From the NCBI GenBank assembly GCA_964202905.1, contig CAXNJO010000002.1, positions 96,001-160,000 of the forward strand: a stretch of DNA of 64,000 bases, read 5' to 3'. Below the pieces are notes generated by a model, which worked only from the letters and a program-made list of their open reading frames with translations, ran no database searches and was not told where the DNA came from. Positions within the stretch are counted from its first letter, which is position 1. Each line of letters opens with the position of its first letter. The translations under genes were made by a program, and so were the position numbers. Origin of the DNA: Polyangiales bacterium. Its GTDB lineage: Bacteria; Myxococcota_A; Polyangia; Polyangiales; JADJQN01. Positions 1 through 9,456 of the stretch are shown one piece after another.

Positions 1-393
1 GACGATGCAGGCGCCTCGACGGCCGCCGCGGGCGCGGCACTCCGGGGCCGCCGGCGCGCTCGAGGGCGCGGGCGTGACGGCTCCGCGGCGCGGGGCGCGC
101 GGGCCGCCGGGCGCGGCGCTTCGGCCACGGGCGCGCGCCTGCGGCTCGGCTGAAGAGGCCGGCCTCTCGCGCGGCGGCGGGGCCATCACGACGACCTCGA
201 ACGACTCGTCCGCCGCGAGGCGCACTGCAGGCGCGCCGCCCGTGCCGCGCAGGACCAGAAAGAGCGCCGCATGCGCGACCGCGGAGACACCGACGAACCA
301 CGCCCCGCGCGCCGCACGCGCAGCGTCGCGCGCGACCGCCGACGCGGGGCCGGACGCGAAGCGGGCGTTGTCGTTGGTGAAAGTCGTTTTCAA
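1..393 (-). CDS. TonB-like energy transducer, N-terminal part (runs off the left edge; start uncertain)
   Basis: My own minus-strand translation gives ...WFVGVSAVAHAALFLVLRG (SxxxH transmembrane anchor typical of TonB/TolA), then ESFEVVVMAPPP and a Pro/Ala-rich linker. It follows a TonB-dependent receptor. An in-frame TTG at 393 is the candidate start. Not in the supplied ORF track because it is truncated. Confidence 0.55.
   Translation of the reverse strand, partial: MKTTFTNDNARFASGPASAVARDAARAARGAWFVGVSAVAHAALFLVLRGTGGAPAVRLAADESFEVVVMAPPPRERPASSAEPQARARGRSAAPGGPRAPRRGAVTPAPSSAPAAPECRARGGRRGACIV
378..392. promoter_or_regulatory. Fur-box-like 7-1-7 inverted repeat
   Basis: TGAAAGTCGTTTTCA matches 13/15 positions of the perfect palindrome at 7285-7299. 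It lies just downstream of a minus-strand TTGACG(434-429)-N16-CATCCT(412-407) promoter-like motif. Confidence 0.6.
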
Positions 394-530
394 GAGCGTG
401 AGCCGAAGGATGCCCTCGCCGTGCGCTCCGTCAAGGGGATCAACCCCTGGAAATGCCTGCTCCCGTGCGCTCGCGCAGGGGCCGCAGGGGCCGCTTGCCG
501 ACGAGCCCGATCAACAAGCGCGGCCCGGGC

Positions 531-2991
531 TCAGAGCGTGTACGCGAAGCCGATCTGCGCCTGGAACGGCCGCACGGGACGCGCGCCGAACGGGCGCCGC
601 GAACCGACGGACTCCTGGAGCAGCACGTTCTCGAACCGCAGCGTGAGATCCGCGTGCCGGAACACGCGCACGCGCCCCGTGAGGTCGAGCAGGTACTGCG
701 CGTCGGTGCGCAGATCCGCGTCGCCCTGCCCCGCCTCCTCGCGCATCGCCGACACGACGCTCAGCGATGCCGCGGCCTGCCACGCGTCCTGCCGCTCGAC
801 GCCCGCCTGCACGCTGAGCTGGTGCTCGGGGACGTACGGCAGCGCATCCCCGAGCTCGACCGCGCCGAACTGCGGGTTCTCGCTCTCGAAGGCGGTGCGG
901 AACGACGAGCCCGTGTACGTGTACGCCGCACGCAGCGGCACCTCGACGTGCGCCCCTGCGCGCAGCGTGTGCGAGGCCGCGACCTCCGCGCCCCACACGA
1001 GGACGCGCCCGCCGTTGAACTGCCGATCGACGTCCATGCAGCCCGCGGCGAAGGAGCACTCGCCCGTGAGGTTCGAGTAGTCGTTGAAGAAGCCGATCGC
1101 CTCGAGCAACGAGCCGCGCGCCTCGTCCCGCCAGCGGACGCCGGCCTCGTAGTTGACGCTGTACTCGGGCCGGACTCGCCGCCGGCTGTCCGGGCGCGAC
1201 GGGGCTGAAGCCGCGGTTCACGCCGGCGAGGATCGAGACGTCGGCGCCGAGCGCGTACGACAGGCCGAGCCCCGGCAGCACCGCGACCTGCGTGCTGCGC
1301 GTGAAGGTCCCCGCGAGCCGCTCCCGCTCCGCGCCGTCGATGACCTCGAGCCGCGCGCCGGGCGTGACCCGCAGGCCCTTCCACTCGAGCGCCCAGCCCG
1401 CGTGCACGGCGAGCGCGAGCGCGAAGCGCCGCACGAGCGAGTAGCGCTCGGCCGCGTCGCCCGTCGGCACGAGCCGCCGCGCCTCCATCCAGTACGGCGT
1501 CACGGTCTGGTCGTAGTCGGCCTCGTCGTAGTGCAGCCGCGCGCCGAAGCGCACGTCGTGCGAGACCGACCCCGTGCGCGCCCGCACCCGGCCCAGCGAC
1601 TGCACGCCCTGCGAGACGAAGTCGCGCGCGTTGTTCGCGAGGTAGATGGCCTGCTGGGGGTCGGTGCGATCGGAGTCACTCGCGCCGGTGAGCACGTCGA
1701 ACGAGATGCGCCGCGCGCCGACGGGCGAGCGCAGCACGCCGAGGGTGTCGATGTCGTTCCCGATCCGATCGAAACGCTGCCAGGTGCGCGACATGCCGTG
1801 GCGGTAGCCCGTCGTCGTCAGCTCGAACCGATCCCCGACGAGCAGGCGGTGGACGAGCTGCACCTGCGTCCGGTTCCACGCCATGCGGTCGAGCTGCGTG
1901 GCCGCGTAACGGCGCCAGGAATCGGCGCGGAAATCCGCGTCGGAGAGGCCGAGGTACGTCTCGCTCGAGATCTCGCGCCCGTAGCCGAAGCGCACGTCGA
2001 GGCGCTGCGCGACGCGCGCGTCCTGATCGGTCTGCACGCGTCCGCGCAGCACGAACTCGGTGCGGGAGAAGCCCGTGGGATCGTCGCTCCCGTCGATGCG
2101 CTTGAAGCCCTCGCTCTGCACGTGCGCGAGCTCCGCGAGGAAACCGCCCCACGCGTTGCTCGCGCCGTAGTGCAGGTGCGCGCGGCCGTATCCGAACGTG
2201 CCCCCCGTCAGCTCGAGCGCACCCGCCGGCGCGTCGGGGATGTCGCGCGAGGTCAGGTCGAGCGCACCGCCGACGGTGTTCGGGCCGTAGAGCACGGCCG
2301 CCGGGCCCTTGAAGACCTCGACGCCGGTCATGCGCATCATCAGCGGGAAGTAGTAGGCCGCGGGCGCGCTGTACGGCGCAGGACCGAAGAGCACACCATC
2401 TTCCATGAGGGTGATTTTTTTCGAACGCTCGGCGCTGCCGCCGCGGATGCCGATGTTGGGACGCAGCCCGAAGCCGTCCTCCGTGCGCACGTAGACGCCC
2501 GGTGCCTGCGTGACGACCGTCGTCGGGTCGTCGTAACCGAAGCGGCGGAGCTGCCGCTCGTCGAGGCGCGTGACGGCGCCGCTCGTGCGGAAGCGGTCTT
2601 CGTCGTCGTACTCGATCCGCAGCCCGCGCAGCGCGAGGTCGTCGTCCGCGAGCGACGCGTCGCCCGGTGCCGGTGGCGTGGTCGCGGCGTCCTCCCCGGC
2701 CGCGCCGCCCGCGGGCGACGCGCCCCCACCGAGCAACGAACGACCGTCGTCGAAGATGTCGCCGAGGCCCTCGCCGCCGCCGGCGTCGGGCTCCGCCTCG
2801 ACCGTGCCTTCGGCGGGAGGCGCGGCCTCCGTCCCGGGTACGCCTGCGTCCGCCGGTGCGACGACCCCCGCGTCCTGCGCGCGGGCGCCGCGCGGCGCGG
2901 CGAGCAGACCGGCGAGCGCACCAACGAGCGCGAGCGCGAGGGGACGCGCGGGCCGCGGACATGAACGATCATTCAGCGACGGCGCGGTCAT
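531..2991 (-). CDS. TonB-dependent receptor, FecA-like Fe(III) uptake family (one frameshift near 1180)
   Basis: Signal peptide ending ARA-Q. Plug motifs PGVYVRTEDGFGLRPNIGIRG, KITLMEDG and VEVFKGPAAVLYGPNTVGG. The C-terminus ...FQAQIGFAYTL lies in a second frame (ORF 531..1109). The ATG at 2991 overlaps the upstream stop codon. Confidence 0.93.
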
Positions 2992-4488
2992 TCGCGTTCT
3001 CCGAGGGCGACGGGGATGGACGTCAGGGTGGACGGGGGCGCCGCGCGCAGGCCGCGCGGACGCCGGAGCCGGATGGGGGGATCGGGCGGCGCCGGGAGGA
3101 TCCACGACGCGGGCGCGAGGGAGTCCTCGACGCGCGTGAGATCGACGTCCGGGTCGATGAGGCGCGCCGCGGCACGGCCGTTGAGCGACGCGAGCGCATC
3201 CGCCCGCACCTCGACGTCACGGTGCCCCGCCGCGCGCAGCTCGGTCGCGACGTGGTGCGCGAGCTGCAAGACGAGGTCGGGCTGCGTGCCCATCTCGCGC
3301 TCCTGCGCGCTCGTCAGGTACCGCCGCGGCGACACGATGCGCTCGCGCGCGTCGCCGTCCATGCGCACGCGGAACGACACGCTGCCGTTCTTCTCGCGCA
3401 CCATCACGCGCCACGACCAGCGCATGCCCTGCTCGTGCCAGAGCACGTCGCCGCCGTAGAGCGTGCTCCGCAGCGGCAGCGCGACCTGCACAACGCAGTA
3501 CGCCGCGAGCAGCCCCTGCGCCGCCGCGCGCAGCGCCGGATGCGCGAGCGGCGACACCCCGGGGCCGCGCACGTCGAAGGCGTCGAGCGCGCGCGGCGCG
3601 AGGCGCTGCAACCACCGGCGGGGCCACGAGGGCTCGAAGAACACGCTCGCGGCGACGACCATGATCAGCGGGAACATCCCTATCTGGAAGAGCACGCCGA
3701 CCGCTCCGTGGAAGAGCAGCGCCGCGAGGTACGCGAGGCCGCGCGTGCGACGGATCGAGAGCCACAGCGGCAGCGTGAGGTCGTAGAAAAAGCCGCCCCA
3801 GCTCATCGCGAGCGCGACGGCCGGCACGTCGAGCCACGCCCCCACGAGCGGCAGATCCGTGCGCGCCGCGAGCCAGATGCCGAGCGGCTGGCCGTGGATC
3901 AACCAGTCGGGCTGGAGCTTCGCGAGTCCCGCGCCGACGTAGACGACGCCGACCTGGAAGCGCAGCAGCCACAGCATCCACCGTGGGAACGACGCGACGC
4001 GCAGCGCGGGCCGCAGCCCGCGCATCGAGCGAGCCCGCGCGGTGCAGCGGCAGCACGGTGAGCAGCAACGCGAGCAGGCTGACGAGGTAGTAGTGGTTGA
4101 GGTAGTTCGTGACGTCGACGAGCTCGAGATACGTAAAAAGCAGGAAATACAGCGGCGCGGCGAGCCGGTACGCGAAGCCCAGCGCGACGCAGGCAGCGAG
4201 CACGGCGAGCACGACGAAGGCCGTCGTCGTCCACGGCTCGGGCAGCGCCTGCACCCAGCCGAACCCGAAGTAGCGGAAATGGAAGGTCGGCTCGACGTAC
4301 ATGCGCGCGACCCAGCCGCTCGCGAGAAAGCGCACCGCCGCGACGACCCCGAGTACGCCGAACATCACGCGGAAGGCGACGAGCGACGCCGGATCGATCG
4401 GCGTCGCGGCGTGCGTCGCGAGCGCGCGCCACCGCGCGCCCCACGGGCCCGTCGTCTCGCTGCGCGGCGCTCCGACGCTCGTCCGCAT
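2988..4488 (-). CDS. HTTM-domain protein, vitamin K-dependent gamma-glutamyl carboxylase-like (frameshift near 4025)
   Basis: Motifs SLVAFRVMFG, FHFRYFGFGWV, YLNHYYL, RFQVGVVYVGAGLAKLQPDW, IGMFP, RWSWRVM, QPDLVLQLA and SLNGR..RLIDPDVDL, split across ORFs 3217..4488 and 2988..4025. Confidence 0.92.
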
Positions 4489-4500
4489 CGCGACCGCGCG

Positions 4501-5727
4501 TCAGTCGTTGTCGGCGTCGAGCCGGTTCGGCAGCTCGAGGTCGAGCACCGTGAGGAACTGCGTCTTCTGCGCGTCCGTGAGCGCCTTGACCGCGTCGTAC
4601 GCCGCGACGAAGGCCGCCTGCCCCGCCGCGTTGCCGGGCGCGAGCGCCTCGTCGAAGGTGCCCGGCACCGCGTCGACGGCCGCGAGCGCCGCGGCGAGCG
4701 CGGCGCGCATCGTGGCCGCGAGCGCGCCCGCGCCCACCTCGACGAGGAGATCGTCGAAGCCGTACGCCTCCGTGCCGGCCGGCGCGCCGAGGAAGAGCGC
4801 CTCGAAGCCGCGCAAGTTCGCGCGCACGCTCTCCTTCGACGCGTGCGCGACAGGCGCCTCGAGGAGCTCGGGACACGTCATCGCGACGCAGTCCGTCGAG
4901 AGCCCGCCCGGCGCCGCGAGCTTCATGTCCTTCACGGCCTCCTCGAGGTAGAGCATCGCGTCGGACACCGCGTTGAGCCCCGCCTGACTCGAGGAGAAGA
5001 GCGCACTCGTCGTGCCCGCGCTCGAGAGCTGCGTGACGAAGCCGCCCTGCGACGGCTCCCACGCGGCGACGAGCGCATCGGCCGCTTCACGGACGAGCCG
5101 CGCAGCCTCACGCGCATACGCCGCGCGCCGCGACGCGACCTCCGCGTCCCCGAGCGCCGCCCAGCTGCCATCCGTATTGAGGGTGCTGAGCGGCGCGCAC
5201 GCGTTGCCAGCATCGGCGCGGAAGAGCAGATATTCGAGCGCGCCGAGGCCACGCGCGTTGACCGCCTCGGCCGCGAGCGCGCCGGGCGTCTCCCACACGC
5301 GCGCGACCGTCTCCTGGTCGACGCGGCACCGGTTCACGAGCGGCCACGCGTAGATCTCGTCGCGCAGGTCCAGGCCGCCCGCGACGCTGAGGTTCATCCC
5401 CGCGGGCCCGAGGCTGTGCAGCTCCGCGCGCTGCCAGACCTCGTTCGCGGCGCGCCAGGCCGCCTGCGCCGCGGCGCGCTCCGCCTCGCTACCGCTGCCC
5501 GCCCACTGCGCGCTCGCTGCCTCGAGCGCCGCGGCACGCGCCGCGAACTCGCGGTAATTCGGGAGCATGACGCGCTCGGCGAGGCCCGCGACGAGCATGC
5601 GCCGGGCTGGGTCGTCGACGGGCGCCGGAGCCGCCGAATCACACCCTGCAATCTGCACGATCGACCATGAAAACAGGCCGATCCGCGAGATCATCCGCGC
5701 GCTGCGCCAGTTCATCGCGGCGGCCAT
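4501..5727 (-). CDS. Imelysin-family (peptidase M75-like) lipoprotein
   Basis: Lipobox-like IAG-C. Motifs AAQAAWR, EIYAWP, RGLGALEYLLF and KDMKLAAP, with C-terminal LDLELPNRLDADND. Start overlaps the upstream stop (TGATG at 5729-5725). Confidence 0.88.
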   Translation of the reverse strand: MAAAMNWRSARMISRIGLFSWSIVQIAGCDSAAPAPVDDPARRMLVAGLAERVMLPNYREFAARAAALEAASAQWAGSGSEAERAAAQAAWRAANEVWQRAELHSLGPAGMNLSVAGGLDLRDEIYAWPLVNRCRVDQETVARVWETPGALAAEAVNARGLGALEYLLFRADAGNACAPLSTLNTDGSWAALGDAEVASRRAAYAREAARLVREAADALVAAWEPSQGGFVTQLSSAGTTSALFSSSQAGLNAVSDAMLYLEEAVKDMKLAAPGGLSTDCVAMTCPELLEAPVAHASKESVRANLRGFEALFLGAPAGTEAYGFDDLLVEVGAGALAATMRAALAAALAAVDAVPGTFDEALAPGNAAGQAAFVAAYDAVKALTDAQKTQFLTVLDLELPNRLDADND

Positions 5728-7237
5728 CACCAGCCTCCCGTGCCGTCGTCCGCGCCGAGATTCGCGGCGTCGAAGCCATACGCCGCGCCGAGCAGCGCGC
5801 GCGCCTCGAGGAGCTTCGTGCGATACCCGTCCCGCTCGGCGGGTGTCGCCGTCGCGAGCACGGGCGCGTCGCCGAGCAGCGTGTGCAGCTGTGCGAAGCG
5901 CGCACCGTCGAGCGGCGAGCGTGGATTGAACTGAAAGCCGAGTGCGAGGCCCTTCAGCTCCGACCAGTGCGCCGCGTGATCCGCGAAGACGTACTCCGGC
6001 GCATCGAATCGTCGCATGTCGACGAGCACCTCGTTCAGATAGTGGACGGCGCTCGCCGCGAGCGCGCGCTCCCACGCACCGACGATGCGGTCCCGCTCGA
6101 CGACGAGCGCGGCGAACTCCTCGTCCGTGAGCGTCTCGCCTGCGGCCGCGATGAGCGCGCGCCCGCGCTTGAAGGCGTCGAAGGCCTCGCCCGAGAAGTC
6201 CGTGCGCGCCGCCGTCACGCTGCCGTGATCGCGCTTGCCGGCGTACACCGCGGCGCCGCAGTTCGCCTCGCGCGTGAGGTCGATGCGCCCGTCGCCGTCC
6301 GTGTCGTGGTAGCCGGACGCATACCCCGCGCGGCCGCCCTCGCCGCCGAGTTCCTCGGCGCTGTAGTCGCCGAGGTCGTGCGCGCCGCCCCAGTAGCCGA
6401 AGCCCTCGTCCCACGCGTGCTCGAGCACCGTGTACGGCGCGTCGCCGTCGCGCGTGTTGGGTGAACGAAGCCCCTTCCCTGCGACGTCCGAGTCGAGGTA
6501 GTCGTCCGCGCCCTGCGAGAACGACACCGCGCCGAGCAACAGCTTCTGCACGAGCTCCTCGAGGTCGAGCCCGCTCTCGGTGAGGTGCGCCGGGAGCGGC
6601 GCGCCGCTCGGATCCGCAGCCGCGACGCGCTCCATGCCGTTCGCCTGCTCGACCGCCTGCGCCGCGAGCGTCGCGAAGAACGCGGTGAGCAGCCCCTCGG
6701 GGCTCGTCGTTGCGCCACCGGGCGCCGCGATCGCGGGGTCCGACCAGCCACGGAAGGCCGTGGACCAATCGACGTGATCCGTGACCGTGTCGTTGCCGGC
6801 GAGTTTGTCGCGCAGCGGCTTGTTCGGCGCGAGGTCGTTCCACGTCTCCTGGAGCGCGGGCGGCGTCGTCGCGAGCGCGAAGCGGTCGTCGCCGTTCGAG
6901 GCGCCGTCGAAGCGGTAGTAGTAGTCGAGCGTTGCGAGCACTTCGGCCTCGGTGCCCGGCGTGAAGGTGCCCGCGTCGATGCGCGCGGAGATCCCGCCGA
7001 TGAACGCGCGCGAGGTCGGCAATGAGCACCTGCCGCGCGGCCTGGCCCGCGTAATCGACGCTGCTCCGCGTCGGGCGCGAAGCGGCTCTCGAACGCGTAG
7101 CGCGTGGGCACCGTGGGCGGCCCGGCGTCCGGCGTGACCGGCGGCGCATCGCCCTCGCCGCACGCCCCGAGCACGAGCGCGCATCCGGTGAAGAAGACCA
7201 CCGGGCGAGCCATCGCGAACCGACGATGTGACTGCAT
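5727..7237 (-). CDS. DUF4856-like iron-regulated lipoprotein (frameshifts near 7020-7070)
   Basis: Lipobox LGA-C, then PTRYAFESRF, SSVDYAGQAARQVLI, LRDKLAGND, LEHAWDEGFGYWG and HWSELKG, pieced from three frames. A GGAG-rich RBS precedes ATG 7237; 7213 is an alternative start. Confidence 0.8.
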
Positions 7238-7283
7238 GCCGCCTCTCCCGGCTCCTTCCATGGGAGCCCGTCCACTATCGTTC

Positions 7284-7343
7284 CTGAAAATCATTTTCAG
7301 TAAGGGCCCTCGGAGAATTAGCGGGCGCCCCGCGGGGTGTCAA
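7284..7343 (-). promoter_or_regulatory. sigma70-type promoter with downstream Fur-box-like operator for the uptake operon
   Basis: Perfect 8-1-8 palindrome CTGAAAAT-C-ATTTTCAG at 7284-7300, resembling the 7-1-7 Fur consensus TGATAATnATTATCA. Minus strand carries TTGACA(7343-7338)-N17-TAATTC(7320-7315). Confidence 0.75.
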
Positions 7344-7440
7344 GCGCGCGCCCGCGCACGGCGCCGCTGCATGCGCCAGCGTCGTCGACGCAGTGCGTCG
7401 AAACCCATGCGAACATGGGCTCCGCGCGCTCCGCGCGGTG

Positions 7441-7468
7441 TTGCCGCCTCGGAATGCGGGCGTATGAT
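7441..7468 (+). promoter_or_regulatory. Putative sigma70 promoter of pckG
   Basis: TTGCCG-N16-TATGAT, 61 nt upstream of the ATG at 7530. Confidence 0.5.
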
Positions 7469-7529
7469 CGCGCCCACGAGCGCCCCCGGTAAGGTCCGCG
7501 CGCGGCGCTCTCCGAGGAAGGATCCCCGC

Positions 7530-9341
7530 ATGACGACGGCTCCCACGACCGCTCCCTCCCCTGCGCCTGCGACGAGCAACCAAGCCCTGCTCGACTGGGT
7601 GAGCACCACGGCGAAGCTCACGAAGCCCGACCACATCGTGTGGTGCGACGGCTCGGAGGAAGAGCGCCGCCGCCTCACGGAGCTCGCGGTGTCGACGGGG
7701 GTGCTGCGGCCCCTCGACCCGAAGAAGCGCCCCGGCTGCTTCCTCAGCTATTCGAACCCGAACGACGTCGCGCGCGTCGAGCACCTCACCTTCATTTGCA
7801 CGCCGACCAAGGCCGAGGCCGGCCCGACCAACAACTGGATGGCGCCCGCGGACGCCTACGCGAAGCTGACGCCCCTCTTCGACGGCGCGATGAAGGGCCG
7901 CACGATGTACGTGGTCCCCTACGTGATGGGGCCGCTCGGCTCGCCGTTCTCGAAGGTCGGCGTCGAGATCACCGACAGCGTCTACGTCGCGTTGAACATG
8001 CGGATCATGACCCGCATGGGCCGCGCCGCGCTCGACATGCTCGGCGAGTCCAACGACTTCAACCGCGGCCTGCACTCGACGCTCGACCTCGATCCGGAGA
8101 AGCGCTTCATCTGCCACTTCCCCGAGGACAACACGATCTGGAGCGTCGGCTCGGGCTACGGCGGGAACGTGCTGCTCGGCAAGAAGTGCCTCGCGCTCCG
8201 CATCGGCAGCTACCTCGGCAAGAAGGAGGGCTGGCTCGCCGAGCACATGCTGATCCTCGGCGTCGAGTCGCCCGAGGGCCAGGTCAGCTACGTCGCCGCC
8301 GCCTTCCCGAGCGCGTGCGGCAAGACGAACTTCGCGATGATGATCCCGCCGCGCCGCTTCGAGGGTTGGAAGATCTGGACGGTCGGCGACGACATCGCGT
8401 GGATGCGCGTCGGCGAGGACGGCCGCCTCTGGGCCGTGAACCCCGAGCACGGCTACTTCGGCGTCGCGCCAGGGACGAGCATGTCCTCCAACGCGAACGC
8501 CATGAAGACGGTCGCGAAGGACACGCTCTTCACGAACGTCGCGCTCACGAGGGACAACGACGTGTGGTGGGAGGGCGTCGACGGCGAGGTCCCCGACGAG
8601 CTCATCGACTGGAAAGGCCAGCCCTGGAAGAAGGGCTCGACCGAGAAGGCCGCGCACCCGAACTCGCGCTTCACATCCCCCATCACCAACAACCCGATGC
8701 TCTCGCGCGAGTGGGACAACCCCGCCGGCGTGCCGATCAGCGCGATCATCTTCGGCGGCCGCCGCGAGGGCACCGTGCCGCTCGTGCTGCAGAGCTTCAA
8801 CTGGGTGCACGGCGTCTACCTCGGCGCGACGCTCGGCTCGGAGACGACCGCGGCCGCGACGGGCAAAGTCGGCGTGCTCCGCCGCGACCCGATGGCGATG
8901 TTGCCGTTCTGTGGCTACGACATGGGCACGTACTTCGGCCACTGGCTCGCGATGCGGCACCGCATCCAGAACCCGCCGAAGATCTTCCTCGTCAACTGGT
9001 TCCGCAAGGACGAAGACGGCAAGTTCGTCTGGCCGGGCTTCGGCGAGAACATGCGCGTCCTCAAGTGGATCGTCGACCGCGCGCGCGTGCGCATCGGCGG
9101 ACTCGAGACGCCGGTCGGCTGGATCCCGCGGCAGGGCGACGTCGACCTCTCCGGGCTCGACATCTCCGCGGAGCGCTTCGAGCTCGCGACGCGCGTCTCG
9201 CCGAAGGAGTGGATGGCCGAGCTCGACAACCACGGCGCGTGGTTCGACTCGCTCGGGCCCACCGTGCCCGACGCGCTCCGCAAGCAGCGCGAGTTGTTGA
9301 TGGCGGCGATGGCGACGCACCCGGACGTCGCGGGCGCCTGA
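7530..9341 (+). CDS. pckG: Phosphoenolpyruvate carboxykinase (GTP)
   Basis: Motifs DVARVE, GSGYGGN..LGKKC, AAFPSACGKTN, VGDDIAWM, AHPNSRF and FLVNWFRKD. RBS GAGGAAGGA precedes the ATG at 7530. Confidence 0.97.
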   Translation: MTTAPTTAPSPAPATSNQALLDWVSTTAKLTKPDHIVWCDGSEEERRRLTELAVSTGVLRPLDPKKRPGCFLSYSNPNDVARVEHLTFICTPTKAEAGPTNNWMAPADAYAKLTPLFDGAMKGRTMYVVPYVMGPLGSPFSKVGVEITDSVYVALNMRIMTRMGRAALDMLGESNDFNRGLHSTLDLDPEKRFICHFPEDNTIWSVGSGYGGNVLLGKKCLALRIGSYLGKKEGWLAEHMLILGVESPEGQVSYVAAAFPSACGKTNFAMMIPPRRFEGWKIWTVGDDIAWMRVGEDGRLWAVNPEHGYFGVAPGTSMSSNANAMKTVAKDTLFTNVALTRDNDVWWEGVDGEVPDELIDWKGQPWKKGSTEKAAHPNSRFTSPITNNPMLSREWDNPAGVPISAIIFGGRREGTVPLVLQSFNWVHGVYLGATLGSETTAAATGKVGVLRRDPMAMLPFCGYDMGTYFGHWLAMRHRIQNPPKIFLVNWFRKDEDGKFVWPGFGENMRVLKWIVDRARVRIGGLETPVGWIPRQGDVDLSGLDISAERFELATRVSPKEWMAELDNHGAWFDSLGPTVPDALRKQRELLMAAMATHPDVAGA

Positions 9342-9456
9342 TCGACGGGCCCCCTCGGCGCGGCCGGGGGGGCAACATCCGCGCGCGGACCGCGAGCGCC
9401 GGCGCGGGACGGGCCTGCGGCGGCCCGTCTCCTCGCCCCGGCTGCGGGGGGAGCCC

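Noticed and set aside
531..7237. Programmed frameshifting or phase variation in the uptake operon
   Set aside because: No slippery heptamers or long simple repeats at the breaks, and similar indels occur in essential genes.
4501..7275. Apparent 924-aa imelysin ORF
   Set aside because: The 5' half is an off-frame reading of the DUF4856-like gene. The imelysin starts near 5727 with its own lipoprotein signal.
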